Shown: positions 1 to 9,564, counted from the stretch's first letter. The stretch: 64,000 bases of DNA from Parcubacteria group bacterium (GCA_041657845.1 JBBABD010000001.1:14255-78254), one strand, 5' to 3'. Numbers and translations: made by a program. The notes: generated by a model not told the origin, from the sequence alone.

Positions 1-1
1 C

Positions 2-904
2 GAAGAAGTAATCGAACCGATGTTCCGAGAAGCCAGCTTCATAGTCAATAAAGATTACCATCTTGCCCATTGTCCGGAAAGGATCAATCCCGGCGATCTT
101 AAATGGAACGTAACCAATATTCCGCGAGTAGTCGGTTCTCTTGATAAAACCGGACTTCAAGGCGCGGCTGATTTTTATGAGAATATTGTCGACGGGCAAA
201 TTATGCAAATGAGTTCCATCCGAGAAGCTGAAGCGGTAAAAATTATCGAAAACTCATTTCGAGACATTAATATCGCTTTCGTAAATGAATTGGCGAAATC
301 ATTTGACAGGTTGGGAATTGACGTCGTTGAGGTTATCAAAGGCGCTTCGACCAAGCCTTTTTCTTTTATGGCTCATTGGCCGAGTTGCGGAGTCGGCGGT
401 CATTGCATACCGGTTGATCCGTATTACTTGATAGAAAGAGCCAAACTTTCCGGATTTGATCATGAATTTATGAAAATTGCCAGAAAAGTGAACCTTTCTA
501 TGCCGGAATACACCATTGAACTTCTGCAAGACGCCCTTAATGAAGTCAAAATGCCTCTTAATGGAACAACCGTCGGAGTTTTAGGACTTTCCTATAAAGC
601 CAACGTTTCTGATCTTCGAGAATCTCCTGTGAAAGAATTGGTAAAATTACTTAGGGAAAACAAAGTAAACGTTCTTGTCTTTGATCCATTTGTTCTGGAA
701 AAATCAACCGCCAAAAGCCTAAGCGAACTTTTCAAAAAATCGGACGCCATACTTTTAGCCACCGATCACGATGAATTCAAAAAAATAACCGCCGAAGACC
801 TTAAAAAAAACAGGGTAAAAGTAGTGATCGACGGAAAAAACTGCCTGGACAAAGAATCTATCAAAAAATTAGGAATTGTTTATAAAGGGATTGGAAGACG
901 TTAA
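2..904 (+). CDS. Nucleotide-sugar dehydrogenase (UDP-GlcNAc/ManNAc 6-dehydrogenase family), 5' part outside window
   Basis: CPERINPG, EAVKIIENSFRDINIAFVNE, GVGGHCIPVDP and GLSYKANVSDLRESP motifs; frame open from the window start. Confidence 0.92.
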   Translation, partial: EEVIEPMFREASFIVNKDYHLAHCPERINPGDLKWNVTNIPRVVGSLDKTGLQGAADFYENIVDGQIMQMSSIREAEAVKIIENSFRDINIAFVNELAKSFDRLGIDVVEVIKGASTKPFSFMAHWPSCGVGGHCIPVDPYYLIERAKLSGFDHEFMKIARKVNLSMPEYTIELLQDALNEVKMPLNGTTVGVLGLSYKANVSDLRESPVKELVKLLRENKVNVLVFDPFVLEKSTAKSLSELFKKSDAILLATDHDEFKKITAEDLKKNRVKVVIDGKNCLDKESIKKLGIVYKGIGRR

Positions 905-977
905 ACGCTAATAGTTGCGAATATAAAACGAATGAATTCGAATTCATTCGGTATAATTCGCGACAATTTGCATTCAT
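905..977. repeat. Intergenic palindromic array of GC(T/G)AAT / ATT(C/T)GC units
   Basis: Perfect 22-bp palindrome CGAATGAATTCGAATTCATTCG at 929-950, with outer arms tgcgaat and attcgcg. Confidence 0.8.
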
Positions 978-1217
978 ATGTTTTCACTAATTAAATTTAT
1001 AATCTGGCTTACAGGACTCGTCGTTGTCTCCTATTTTGTGCTGAGCTATTTCGGTTATGAACCTAATATGAATTATTTCAAAGAAAGCAAGTCCGAGTGT
1101 CAGCAAAAACTCAACGACTGCGGAAAAGAATATGTCGAACAAGGAACCAAAAACGCCAAATGCGATTTTGACTGCGTTAATGTCGGATCACTTATTATCA
1201 AAAAACAAGCTAAATAA
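978..1217 (+). CDS. Small single-pass membrane protein with four Cys
   Basis: 79 aa ORF with N-terminal hydrophobic helix, co-oriented with neighbours. Confidence 0.65.
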   Translation: MFSLIKFIIWLTGLVVVSYFVLSYFGYEPNMNYFKESKSECQQKLNDCGKEYVEQGTKNAKCDFDCVNVGSLIIKKQAK

Positions 1218-1264
1218 ATTCGAAATTTGTATATTTGTACAAAATTCGTAATTCGTAGTTTTTT

Positions 1265-2215
1265 ATGAAACTAGTCGTTAATATTCCTGCCTATAACGAA
1301 GAAGAAAAAATAGCGCAAACCATAAAGGAAATACCCCGAAACATTCCCGGAATCGATGAGGTTTTTGTTCAAGTCGTGGATGACGGATCAAAAGACAAAA
1401 CCGTCCAAAAATCCCGGGAAGCCGGAGCTGATTTTGTTTTTTCCCACAATGTAAATCGCGGAATCGGAATTACTTTCCGGACTTCGGTCGGAAAAGCCCT
1501 CAGGAATGGCGCCGATATTATGGTTAACATTGATGCCGATGGACAATTTAATCCAGAAGATATTTCCAAAATAATCAAACCGATTCTGGATGGCGAAGCC
1601 GATATGGTAAGTGCCGACCGGTTTGGAAAACATAAAGCCAAAAATATTCCCTGGATAAAAAGTTTTCTTAATCGCGTGATCGCTTCTATTATTGGAAAAT
1701 TTTTGAACTACAAAATCAACGACCTCACTTGCGGATTCCGAGCCTACAACCGTGAAACCTTACTAAGACTGAATCTTCCGGGAAATTTTACCTACACTCA
1801 GGAAACTATCATTGATGCCATCGGAAAAAACCTGAAAGTAATTTGGGTTCCGGTTGAAGTTATTTATTTCGCCGATAGAGAATCACGAGTTGTAAAAAGC
1901 GTTTATAAATATATAAATAATAGCAGCCGAATAATCCTTAAAGCTGTCCGCGATGTCCGTCCGATGAAATTCTTCGGCGGTCCAGGATTAATTTTGATAT
2001 CCGCTTCGTTTATATTATTCCTAGTTTTCGCCGTAATGTATTTCCAGGATTTTAAGATTACTCCTTACCGAAACTATCTTTTGGCCGCCATCACCTTGCT
2101 TCTCATTGGTATGCAATTTGTTATCTTCGCCCTCATCGCCGATATGGTCAAATCCAGCCGCAAACTTACTGAAGATCAGATGTATTTGATCAGGAAGGAA
2201 AAGTATAAGAAATAG
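1265..2215 (+). CDS. GT2 glycosyltransferase (polyprenol-phosphate type) with two C-terminal TM helices
   Basis: IPAYNEE, VDDGSKD, DADGQF, CGFRAY motifs. Confidence 0.93.
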   Translation: MKLVVNIPAYNEEEKIAQTIKEIPRNIPGIDEVFVQVVDDGSKDKTVQKSREAGADFVFSHNVNRGIGITFRTSVGKALRNGADIMVNIDADGQFNPEDISKIIKPILDGEADMVSADRFGKHKAKNIPWIKSFLNRVIASIIGKFLNYKINDLTCGFRAYNRETLLRLNLPGNFTYTQETIIDAIGKNLKVIWVPVEVIYFADRESRVVKSVYKYINNSSRIILKAVRDVRPMKFFGGPGLILISASFILFLVFAVMYFQDFKITPYRNYLLAAITLLLIGMQFVIFALIADMVKSSRKLTEDQMYLIRKEKYKK

Positions 2216-2283
2216 TTTTATTTTTCAGCTCTTTTCAAAACGAATATTTTTAGAAGGTAAAAATTTAATGAAGGAGGTTGCTC

Positions 2284-2499
2284 ATGCGTAAAAAAATTGC
2301 AGAAAATGATGCAGATGTAGCTCAAATATGCATTGGAGTGAAGACAATGCAAGAGTAACTATCGAAGTTGAGAAAAGCGGTTCAATCAGGAATATATGAC
2401 GAAAGATCAATAGTCGGAGACGCTGTCCTGCTAATGGAGGCAGCCACAGAAAGGATAGGGGAAGCAGTTTCTAATCTTAGAAAAAAGGAGGGACTATGA
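2284..2499 (+). pseudogene. Small ORF interrupted by one in-frame TAA (2356-2358)
   Basis: Strong AAGGAGG before ATG 2284; the frame continues after the TAA to a TGA that overlaps the next ATG (ATGA at 2496-2499). Confidence 0.55.
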
Positions 2500-2762
2500 A
2501 TCTTTGGACTATGCTTGTTATACAAAACGGGAACGACATCAGATGTTTTGCATTGGGTCCTAACGAAAAAGGGCTATGGGCTGGAGGAATAGCTCAATAC
2601 AAAGATGGTTTTCATCACACTTGGCTTACAACTTCAAGCTACGGATTTTATTCCGCCGAAGGAGCGAAAGAAACGATGGAAAATATCATCAAAGAAGTCC
2701 GAAGGTTAGATTTAGGAACTGAAATAAGAAAAATAAATTCAGTTTTCTCTGGGGAAACATAG
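2496..2762 (+). CDS. Hypothetical protein, 88 aa
   Basis: AAGGAGG upstream, ATG start, followed by a hairpin. Confidence 0.65.
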   Translation: MNLWTMLVIQNGNDIRCFALGPNEKGLWAGGIAQYKDGFHHTWLTTSSYGFYSAEGAKETMENIIKEVRRLDLGTEIRKINSVFSGET

Positions 2763-2776
2763 TTTCCCCGCTTTCT
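2751..2776 (+). terminator. Possible intrinsic terminator
   Basis: GGGGAAAC-ata-GTTTCCCC stem followed by a short T-rich tail. Confidence 0.45.
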
Positions 2777-2808
2777 AAAAATATTTGTTTAATATTTCAA
2801 AACATTTG

Positions 2809-3888
2809 ATGAAAATTTTATTTATTTCTCGAGCTTATCCGCCGATTGTCGGCGGAATCGAGAACCAGAATTACGAACTGGGAAAATGGCTCGGGAAAAT
2901 TGCGCAGGTCAAAATAATCGCGAACAAAAAAGGCAAAATATTTCTGCCTTTATTTTTGCCTTATGCGATAATTAAATCATTACTTATTGCCAGAAAATAC
3001 GATGCCATTCTGCTTGGCGACGGAGTTTTGGGAATAGCGACCTACAAATTAAAGTTCTTCTTCCCCAAGAAACCAATAATCTGCGTCGTCCACGGACTGG
3101 ATTTGACTTTCAAATCAGCCATCTATCAAAAGCTCTGGGTAAATATATTTTTGAAGCACAGCGTTGATAAATTTATTGCGGTAGGAAATGAAACGGTCAA
3201 AGTCGCCAAGGAAAAAGGAATTACGGAAAATAAAGTGGTTTTTATTCCTAATGGAGTCGACACTGAAAAAAATATCGGGAATCATTCGCGCCAAGAGATT
3301 GAAAAAATAATTGGAGAAACGATCGAAAATAAAAAATTTCTGCTCACTTCCGGCCGGCTGGCTAAACGAAAAGGAGCCGCTTGGTTCATTCGAAATGTTT
3401 TACCCAAGCTTCCGGAAAATGTCATTTATATTATTGCCGGCGACGGACCAGACAAGGAAAACATCCATGATGCCACCAGGGAAACAAAATTGGAATCAAG
3501 AGTTAAATTATTGGGATATGTCGAGGATAATGTCAGAAATATTTTATTCAATGCTTGCGACCTATTCATTCAGCCCAATATTAAAGTTCCCAGCGACATG
3601 GAAGGATTTGGCATTTCAGTGATTGAAGCCGCTTCTTGCAAAATTCCGGTTATCGCCTCTAATCTTGAAGGCTTGAAAGATGCTATAATAAATGAAGAAA
3701 ACGGATTCTTGGTTGAATCGGAAAATACTGATGCTTGGATACGAAAAATCAATGAATTATTAGCTGACGATAATTTCCGAAAAGAATTTGGCGAAAAAGC
3801 ACGGCAGTTTGTGATTGAAAACTATAGATGGGAAATTATTGCAGAAAAGTATTTAGAAGAAATAGAAAATATCATAAAAAAATATTAA
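2809..3888 (+). CDS. GT4 glycosyltransferase
   Basis: YPPIVGGIE, GRLAKRKG, EGFGISVIEA motifs; ATG 2809 preferred over TTG 2785. Confidence 0.93.
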   Translation: MKILFISRAYPPIVGGIENQNYELGKWLGKIAQVKIIANKKGKIFLPLFLPYAIIKSLLIARKYDAILLGDGVLGIATYKLKFFFPKKPIICVVHGLDLTFKSAIYQKLWVNIFLKHSVDKFIAVGNETVKVAKEKGITENKVVFIPNGVDTEKNIGNHSRQEIEKIIGETIENKKFLLTSGRLAKRKGAAWFIRNVLPKLPENVIYIIAGDGPDKENIHDATRETKLESRVKLLGYVEDNVRNILFNACDLFIQPNIKVPSDMEGFGISVIEAASCKIPVIASNLEGLKDAIINEENGFLVESENTDAWIRKINELLADDNFRKEFGEKARQFVIENYRWEIIAEKYLEEIENIIKKY

Positions 3889-3897
3889 TACCCGTCA

Positions 3898-4011
3898 TGT
3901 CATTCCTGGCTTGACCAGGAATCTACGCCGTCGGATTACACTAGTCTTGATATTTATACATTAAGCTTGTGATTATCGTTTGTGTAGATTCCTGCTTTCG
4001 CAGGAATGACA
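3898..4011. repeat. REP/MITE-like element with terminal hairpins, copy 1
   Basis: TGTCATTCCTGGCTTGACCAGGAATCTAC ... GTAGATTCCTGCTTTCGCAGGAATGACA; inverted homolog at 36494-36605. Confidence 0.88.
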
Positions 4012-4020
4012 AAAGATTAA

Positions 4021-5952
4021 ATGGCATTTCGATTTATATCCTCACAATTCATCTTCTATATCTCAATAATCTTGGTTCTTTTCATTCCCGGCTATTTTTT
4101 GCTGCTCGCTATTGAATCCAAAAAGAAACTCTTTTCGTCTATTGAAAAATTTGTTTTTTCTTTCGGTTTCAGTATTATTATTGTCGACCTTCTGATGATG
4201 CTAATGGGAAGATTGAATATCCTATTCACTAAAATATCAATAATTCTAGGAATTTTTGTTTTTTCTGCTGTCTGTTTCGCGATTTATAAAATTAAGAATA
4301 AAAAACAAGGAGAAATAAAGGATAGTGCTTTTAATTTTTCTAAAAACCAAATCATCCTGATAATATTGCTCTTATTCTTAACAATTTTCATCAAAACCGC
4401 TTATCTTAAAAATTCTATTTTCCCCACCTCCACCGATCTCGGCCATCATATGTATTGGACAAAAACCATTGCCGAAACCGGGAAACTTCCAATTTATGCG
4501 GAAAGCGATATTATCCAAATTGATGGAAATTACCAAGTGAGCCAGCCGGAAAAAATTGCCGATTTTATTATCGGGGAACATCTAATTTTTGCAGCTGTGC
4601 AAATAATTTCCGGCGTTGAATTTGTCTCGTATTTTCCAATTCTAATTTTGTTTCTGGTCAATATTGTCAGCGTTTTGGCAATTTTCGTTACAACTATCCG
4701 GTTATTTGAAAATTACTCATTTGGAAAAAACGCTGGAATAATTTCACTTTTCCTGATCGGTCCGCTTTATGCAATTTCATCTTCACAGGCCAAATTTGTC
4801 AGCGGGGGAGTAATTGGCAACACGATAGGAAACTTGCTGATCCCCTTTTCGATATATTTTATTTTCCGCGCTCTCAAGGAAAAAAACTCGATTTTTCTTT
4901 CCCTATCTCTTCTCTCAACTCTCGGAATGGCTTATACCCATCATTTGACAACATTTATTTTTATCTTTATCTTTATTTTCAGCGCCATTATTTTCTCAAT
5001 TTTGAATTACAACGAAATAGGTTCTCATTTCAAGGAATGGATGAAAATAATTCTAAAACCTCAAATATTAATACTAATTTTTGTTTCCCTTCTCTTTGTT
5101 TTCGCAGTTTATATGCCAGCTTATCTCAACGCCAAGGCAGTTGGAACGGCAGTTGGCGGACCATCAAAAGATACTCGCGCCGGATTAACATTCAATCAGC
5201 TCAAGTTAACAGCAGGAGAATCGAGGATGATCTTGGGACTCGTTGGCGTTGTAATCTTAATCGCTATCAAAAAAAGAAAAAATTATGAAATTGCTTTCGT
5301 TTCTGGATGGGCTATTTCAATTTTAGTAATGTCTCTCTGGCCTCAGATCTTGCTTCTCGACCTTCCTTCCGCCAGAATCGCCAATTACGCTTCCTTTCCG
5401 CTCGCAATTTCCGGAGCCTTTGCTCTGGCTTATATTATAGATAAAATAAAATCTGCTGACGGAAAATATTATATAAATCAAAAATTGTTTTATGCTGTAT
5501 GCTTTATGCTATTTGTCTTTGCTTTAGCAAACGGATTTTACGATAATTCTCAATCCATTAAAGCCCAAAGCAATTATCAAAAAGCGCTTCAAACTGTTGA
5601 TGCTTCTGATTATCTTGGAAAAAATGCCACCAAATCAGATTTGGCAGTAAAAGACCACAACTATATTACTGCGGATTCTTGGATAAAGTTATCTTTTATG
5701 AACGGATACAATTATCCTTTCTCCAGAGGGTATTTCAAAAGATATGAAGATGAGACCAAGCCAAGGGAAATGTGCACGCTTTGGATGATTTCGACGCCCA
5801 ACACTCCGGAAGGACAAAAATGCTTCAATGATTTAGGGGTGAATTTTGCAATGGTCAATCCCCAATTCGACAGCGCCCAATTTCAAAAATCAAAAGAATT
5901 CTGGCAAGTATATGATGGGAAAGAAATAAATATTTATTACAGAAATAAATGA
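4021..5952 (+). CDS. Multi-pass membrane protein, probable GT-C fold glycosyltransferase
   Basis: 643 aa with many TM helices; STDLGHH loop and YTHHLTT motif; glycosylation context. Confidence 0.7.
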   Translation: MAFRFISSQFIFYISIILVLFIPGYFLLLAIESKKKLFSSIEKFVFSFGFSIIIVDLLMMLMGRLNILFTKISIILGIFVFSAVCFAIYKIKNKKQGEIKDSAFNFSKNQIILIILLLFLTIFIKTAYLKNSIFPTSTDLGHHMYWTKTIAETGKLPIYAESDIIQIDGNYQVSQPEKIADFIIGEHLIFAAVQIISGVEFVSYFPILILFLVNIVSVLAIFVTTIRLFENYSFGKNAGIISLFLIGPLYAISSSQAKFVSGGVIGNTIGNLLIPFSIYFIFRALKEKNSIFLSLSLLSTLGMAYTHHLTTFIFIFIFIFSAIIFSILNYNEIGSHFKEWMKIILKPQILILIFVSLLFVFAVYMPAYLNAKAVGTAVGGPSKDTRAGLTFNQLKLTAGESRMILGLVGVVILIAIKKRKNYEIAFVSGWAISILVMSLWPQILLLDLPSARIANYASFPLAISGAFALAYIIDKIKSADGKYYINQKLFYAVCFMLFVFALANGFYDNSQSIKAQSNYQKALQTVDASDYLGKNATKSDLAVKDHNYITADSWIKLSFMNGYNYPFSRGYFKRYEDETKPREMCTLWMISTPNTPEGQKCFNDLGVNFAMVNPQFDSAQFQKSKEFWQVYDGKEINIYYRNK

Positions 5953-6305
5953 AAAAAATAATCATCGCATTAATAATATTTCTTATTCTAAGCTTCGGTT
6001 TCCTGGCCTACGCCGAAACTCGCCAAGCGTCTCCGCAGTCCCAAAACTGGTGGGTCATTTATTTTGCAAACCCCAAAAACGACAACCTTAATTTTGTGAT
6101 TGAAAATAACAGCGACCAGACCAAATTCCACTGGGCGGTATTGAGCGATAAAGATATATTAAAAGAAGCGGATGTTGAAATAGCCAAAGGTGCGAAAAAG
6201 GAAATAAACCTTACGAAGTCCGACTTCGGAAATTTGAGCAACAAGAAAATCAGCATAACTGTAGTCGCTGATAACGAAAAAAAGGAAATATATAAAAACT
6301 TTTAA
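5949..6305 (+). CDS. Exported or membrane-anchored hypothetical protein
   Basis: Signal-like N-terminus; ATGA overlap with the upstream gene. Confidence 0.75.
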   Translation: MKKIIIALIIFLILSFGFLAYAETRQASPQSQNWWVIYFANPKNDNLNFVIENNSDQTKFHWAVLSDKDILKEADVEIAKGAKKEINLTKSDFGNLSNKKISITVVADNEKKEIYKNF

Positions 6306-7429
6306 TGTATCTCGAATTGATGAAAAAAATACTTCTAGTCACTCGTCCAATTTGTCCGCCTTGGGATGAAGCTTCCAAGAATTTTGCCTATTATCTGGCC
6401 AAAAATATCAAAAACATCGAGGTTCATATTCTGACCAATGGAATTTTGCCAGATCTTCCGCAAAGCATTATCCAGGAAAATATCTACGATTCAAGCAGTT
6501 TCGGATTATCTCAAAAAATGAAACTCATTAAGTTTCTCCGAAAAAATAGAGGGACTTTCGATATCGTTCACTATCTTTTCACGCCGACAAAACTTAATTC
6601 GTTTTTAATAAAAACTTTTGCCAAATTAACCAAGGGAAAAACGATTCAAACTATCGCTACTCTCCGAGAAGATTTGTACTCCGATGAAGATTTAAAAAAG
6701 ATACTGTTCGCTGATTTGATAACCACCTACTCTGATTATTCCAAAAATGAATTAGAAAGATTGGGATTTGGCAGCACAAAGAGAATTTATCCCGGAATTG
6801 ATATTGATTTATTTTACCCCGCTCCAAAAAGTTTGGAACTTTTGAAAAAATTCGGTTTTGCGTCGGATGATTTTGTAATTAATTTTACCGGCGAATATAC
6901 CCGGCTTGGAGCGATTGATGATGTAATTAATAGTTTTATTGAAATATCCAAAAAGATACCCAACGCCAAATTATCGCTGGCCGTTCGGATAAAAAACGGC
7001 AATGACGCGCAAAAGAAAAATGAAGTAGCAGCAACATTAAAAAATAATAATATTTTCAACAGGGTTTCTTTTCAGTATGACGGAAGCTATGAGATGCAGG
7101 ACATTTTTAATCTTTGCGACGTCAGCATTTTTCCCGTCCAAAATATGAAAGGAAAATTCGATGTGCCTCTGGCCATTATTGAAGCAATGTCCTGCGAAAA
7201 ACCAGTGATCATTTCCGATTTGCCGATTCTCAGAGAATTCGCAAATGACCAAAATTCTGTTACAATAGAAGCAGGAAAAGCGAAACAGTTATCCGAAAAG
7301 ATTTTGGATGTTTATGAATATAAAGATCGTTATGTTGAAATTGGCAAGAATGCCAGAAAATACGTCGTAGAAAATTTCGACATCAAAAAAGTCGCAGAAA
7401 AATATCAAGAGATTTACAAAAATTTATAA
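6305..7429 (+). CDS. GT4 glycosyltransferase
   Basis: IYPGID, PLAIIEAMSCEKPVI motifs, GT-B C-terminus. Confidence 0.9.
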   Translation: MYLELMKKILLVTRPICPPWDEASKNFAYYLAKNIKNIEVHILTNGILPDLPQSIIQENIYDSSSFGLSQKMKLIKFLRKNRGTFDIVHYLFTPTKLNSFLIKTFAKLTKGKTIQTIATLREDLYSDEDLKKILFADLITTYSDYSKNELERLGFGSTKRIYPGIDIDLFYPAPKSLELLKKFGFASDDFVINFTGEYTRLGAIDDVINSFIEISKKIPNAKLSLAVRIKNGNDAQKKNEVAATLKNNNIFNRVSFQYDGSYEMQDIFNLCDVSIFPVQNMKGKFDVPLAIIEAMSCEKPVIISDLPILREFANDQNSVTIEAGKAKQLSEKILDVYEYKDRYVEIGKNARKYVVENFDIKKVAEKYQEIYKNL

Positions 7430-7445
7430 GTCCTATAAGTCAAGT

Positions 7446-8939
7446 ATGCCTAATATAACTAGTCTGTCTAACAGCAAAAAAGAATTTCAAACCCCGAATA
7501 TGAAAATACCGGTTATTTTGCATGCCTCGGAAAATCTGCTTCCTAATGAAGAAACTTTTGAGCAATTGGAATATATTGCCGAAGATGAAAGATTTTTTCA
7601 TCATATTGCCGCTATGAGCGACGTTCATCCCAAAAAAGGACGAAAAGCTCCGACTGGAACTGTAGCAGCTAGCGAGCACTTCCTCTTTCCTCAAATTAAT
7701 GACACCGCTCCCAATTGCGGAATGCGGTTCCTTAAAACCGATTTGGATGAAAACAATACCCCGCCGGAAAAAATTGATGAACTTTTCAAGGAATTAGTGA
7801 AAGTTATTCCGACCAAAAAACTGCAAGGCGTTCCGATTCCCTATCAAATGGCCGTAGATATCGCTAGAGACGGAATTCATCCGCTTACTGAATATTTCCA
7901 GACCAGAACCAAAAATGAAATTGAAAATTCCTATGAAGGAGGAAATTTTTTTCGCAATGATATTCCGACTGTGCGGGAAATTTTAGATGTTGTGCCGAAA
8001 TTATTTCTGAAAATCGCCCAACATCGGCTGGGAATTTTGGGCGCGGCGGGAAATCATTTTTTGGATTTAATGAAAATTACTGAAATAAAAAATTCGGAAG
8101 TAGCGCAGAAATTCGGCTTGCGTCCCGGGCAATATATTTTTCTTATGCACACCGGATCGGGACTAGTCGGACAATATGTTTCCTATATGTACACTCCAAA
8201 AGCAAAAGAGCACAAAAGCCAGAAAATGATGCTGGAACTGGGAATCTCCCTTTTTGACAGCCAGCTCAAAAAAGTTTACAAAAATCTTTACCAAAAAATA
8301 AAGAAACATGAGAAATTGAAAAATTTCTTTGGATATGAAGATTCCAGCCTTGAAGGAAGAATGTTTATTAATGCCCATAGAGCTTCGGCTAATTTTGGCT
8401 TTGCCAACCGAACCGTGCTCACCGATCAAATAGACAAAGCTATGGAAAGAGTTTTTGGCCGGCAAGTTAGTTTGGATATGCTTTACGATTCTCCGCACAT
8501 TTCAATCGAAAAGGAAAATCATTTCGAAAAAGATGTCTGGGTTCATCGAAACGGATCGGTTCGTGCCAATGGCTCGGCAAGAATGCAGCACCATCCGATT
8601 TTCAAAGAAACCGGAGAACCGGTTTTTATTCCTTCTTCAATGGCTACTCCGGCTTATCTTGGCGTCGGAACGGATGAAAACGTTTCTACTTTCTTTTCCG
8701 CCGGACACGGAACCGGAAGAAGAAGAAATCCGAATCCGGATACTCCCGAAAATAAGAAAAAACTTTTTGACAAAGTTAGAGAGAAAAAAGTTAAATTATA
8801 TAATGCCCAATCCAAAGAGGTCATCCTGCAAGACAGCGCGTATTACAAAGACGTGGAAGAAGTAATCAGCGGGATGGTGGAAAACAGGATAATAAATGTA
8901 GTCGCCAAAATGGAACCGGTGGCGGTGCTAATGTATTAG
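7446..8939 (+). CDS. Divergent RtcB-family (RNA ligase-like) protein
   Basis: MSDVH, NCGM, GNHF, HTGS, YDSPH, VHRNG, PSSM, HGTGR, YKDV motifs in RtcB order. Confidence 0.88.
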   Translation: MPNITSLSNSKKEFQTPNMKIPVILHASENLLPNEETFEQLEYIAEDERFFHHIAAMSDVHPKKGRKAPTGTVAASEHFLFPQINDTAPNCGMRFLKTDLDENNTPPEKIDELFKELVKVIPTKKLQGVPIPYQMAVDIARDGIHPLTEYFQTRTKNEIENSYEGGNFFRNDIPTVREILDVVPKLFLKIAQHRLGILGAAGNHFLDLMKITEIKNSEVAQKFGLRPGQYIFLMHTGSGLVGQYVSYMYTPKAKEHKSQKMMLELGISLFDSQLKKVYKNLYQKIKKHEKLKNFFGYEDSSLEGRMFINAHRASANFGFANRTVLTDQIDKAMERVFGRQVSLDMLYDSPHISIEKENHFEKDVWVHRNGSVRANGSARMQHHPIFKETGEPVFIPSSMATPAYLGVGTDENVSTFFSAGHGTGRRRNPNPDTPENKKKLFDKVREKKVKLYNAQSKEVILQDSAYYKDVEEVISGMVENRIINVVAKMEPVAVLMY

Positions 8940-8947
8940 AAAATTCA

Positions 8948-9559
8948 ATGAAAATAATCTCGATCTCCGGCCTCGACGGCTCAGGAAAATCTACTCAAAT
9001 CCAGCTATTAAAAAAATATCTAGAATCGCAAGGCAAGCGGGTTTTTTATTTTCACGCGATTGAGTTTGGAATCGCCAACAAAATTTCTTCCCATCATTGC
9101 TGTGATTATGGAAAAGAAAATGAGAACAAAGAGAAAAGCGTAACCAGGTCAAATAAACTGGGAATAATCCTTCGAAAGATTTTTTTAAGAATAGACTTCT
9201 GGCGTTTCAAAAAATTGTTTAAAAAATTAGAAAAAGAACATTTTGATTTTATTTTAAGCGACAGATTTTTTTACGATTCCTTGATTAATATTAGCTATTT
9301 GGAAAATTGTGGCATTGAAAATTGGAAATTTATTGAAAATTGGAAATTGAAAATTGAAAATTTATCAATCTACCTCCAAACAAATCCAAAAATAATAATG
9401 CAACGCGAAAGAAAACCGGATCAAGGAATTGAATATTTGGAAAAGAAAAAAGAAATTTATGATAAATACGCCGAAATTTGGAATTTGAAAATTATTGACG
9501 GAAACCGAACGCAGGAAGAAGTTTTCGAGGATGTGAAAAGGTCTTCAGGCGTTGCCTAA
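8948..9559 (+). CDS. Thymidylate-kinase-like P-loop kinase
   Basis: SGLDGSGKSTQ P-loop, SDRFFYDS, IIDGN; lacks the usual REP motif. Confidence 0.82.
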   Translation: MKIISISGLDGSGKSTQIQLLKKYLESQGKRVFYFHAIEFGIANKISSHHCCDYGKENENKEKSVTRSNKLGIILRKIFLRIDFWRFKKLFKKLEKEHFDFILSDRFFYDSLINISYLENCGIENWKFIENWKLKIENLSIYLQTNPKIIMQRERKPDQGIEYLEKKKEIYDKYAEIWNLKIIDGNRTQEEVFEDVKRSSGVA

Positions 9560-9564
9560 AGACC

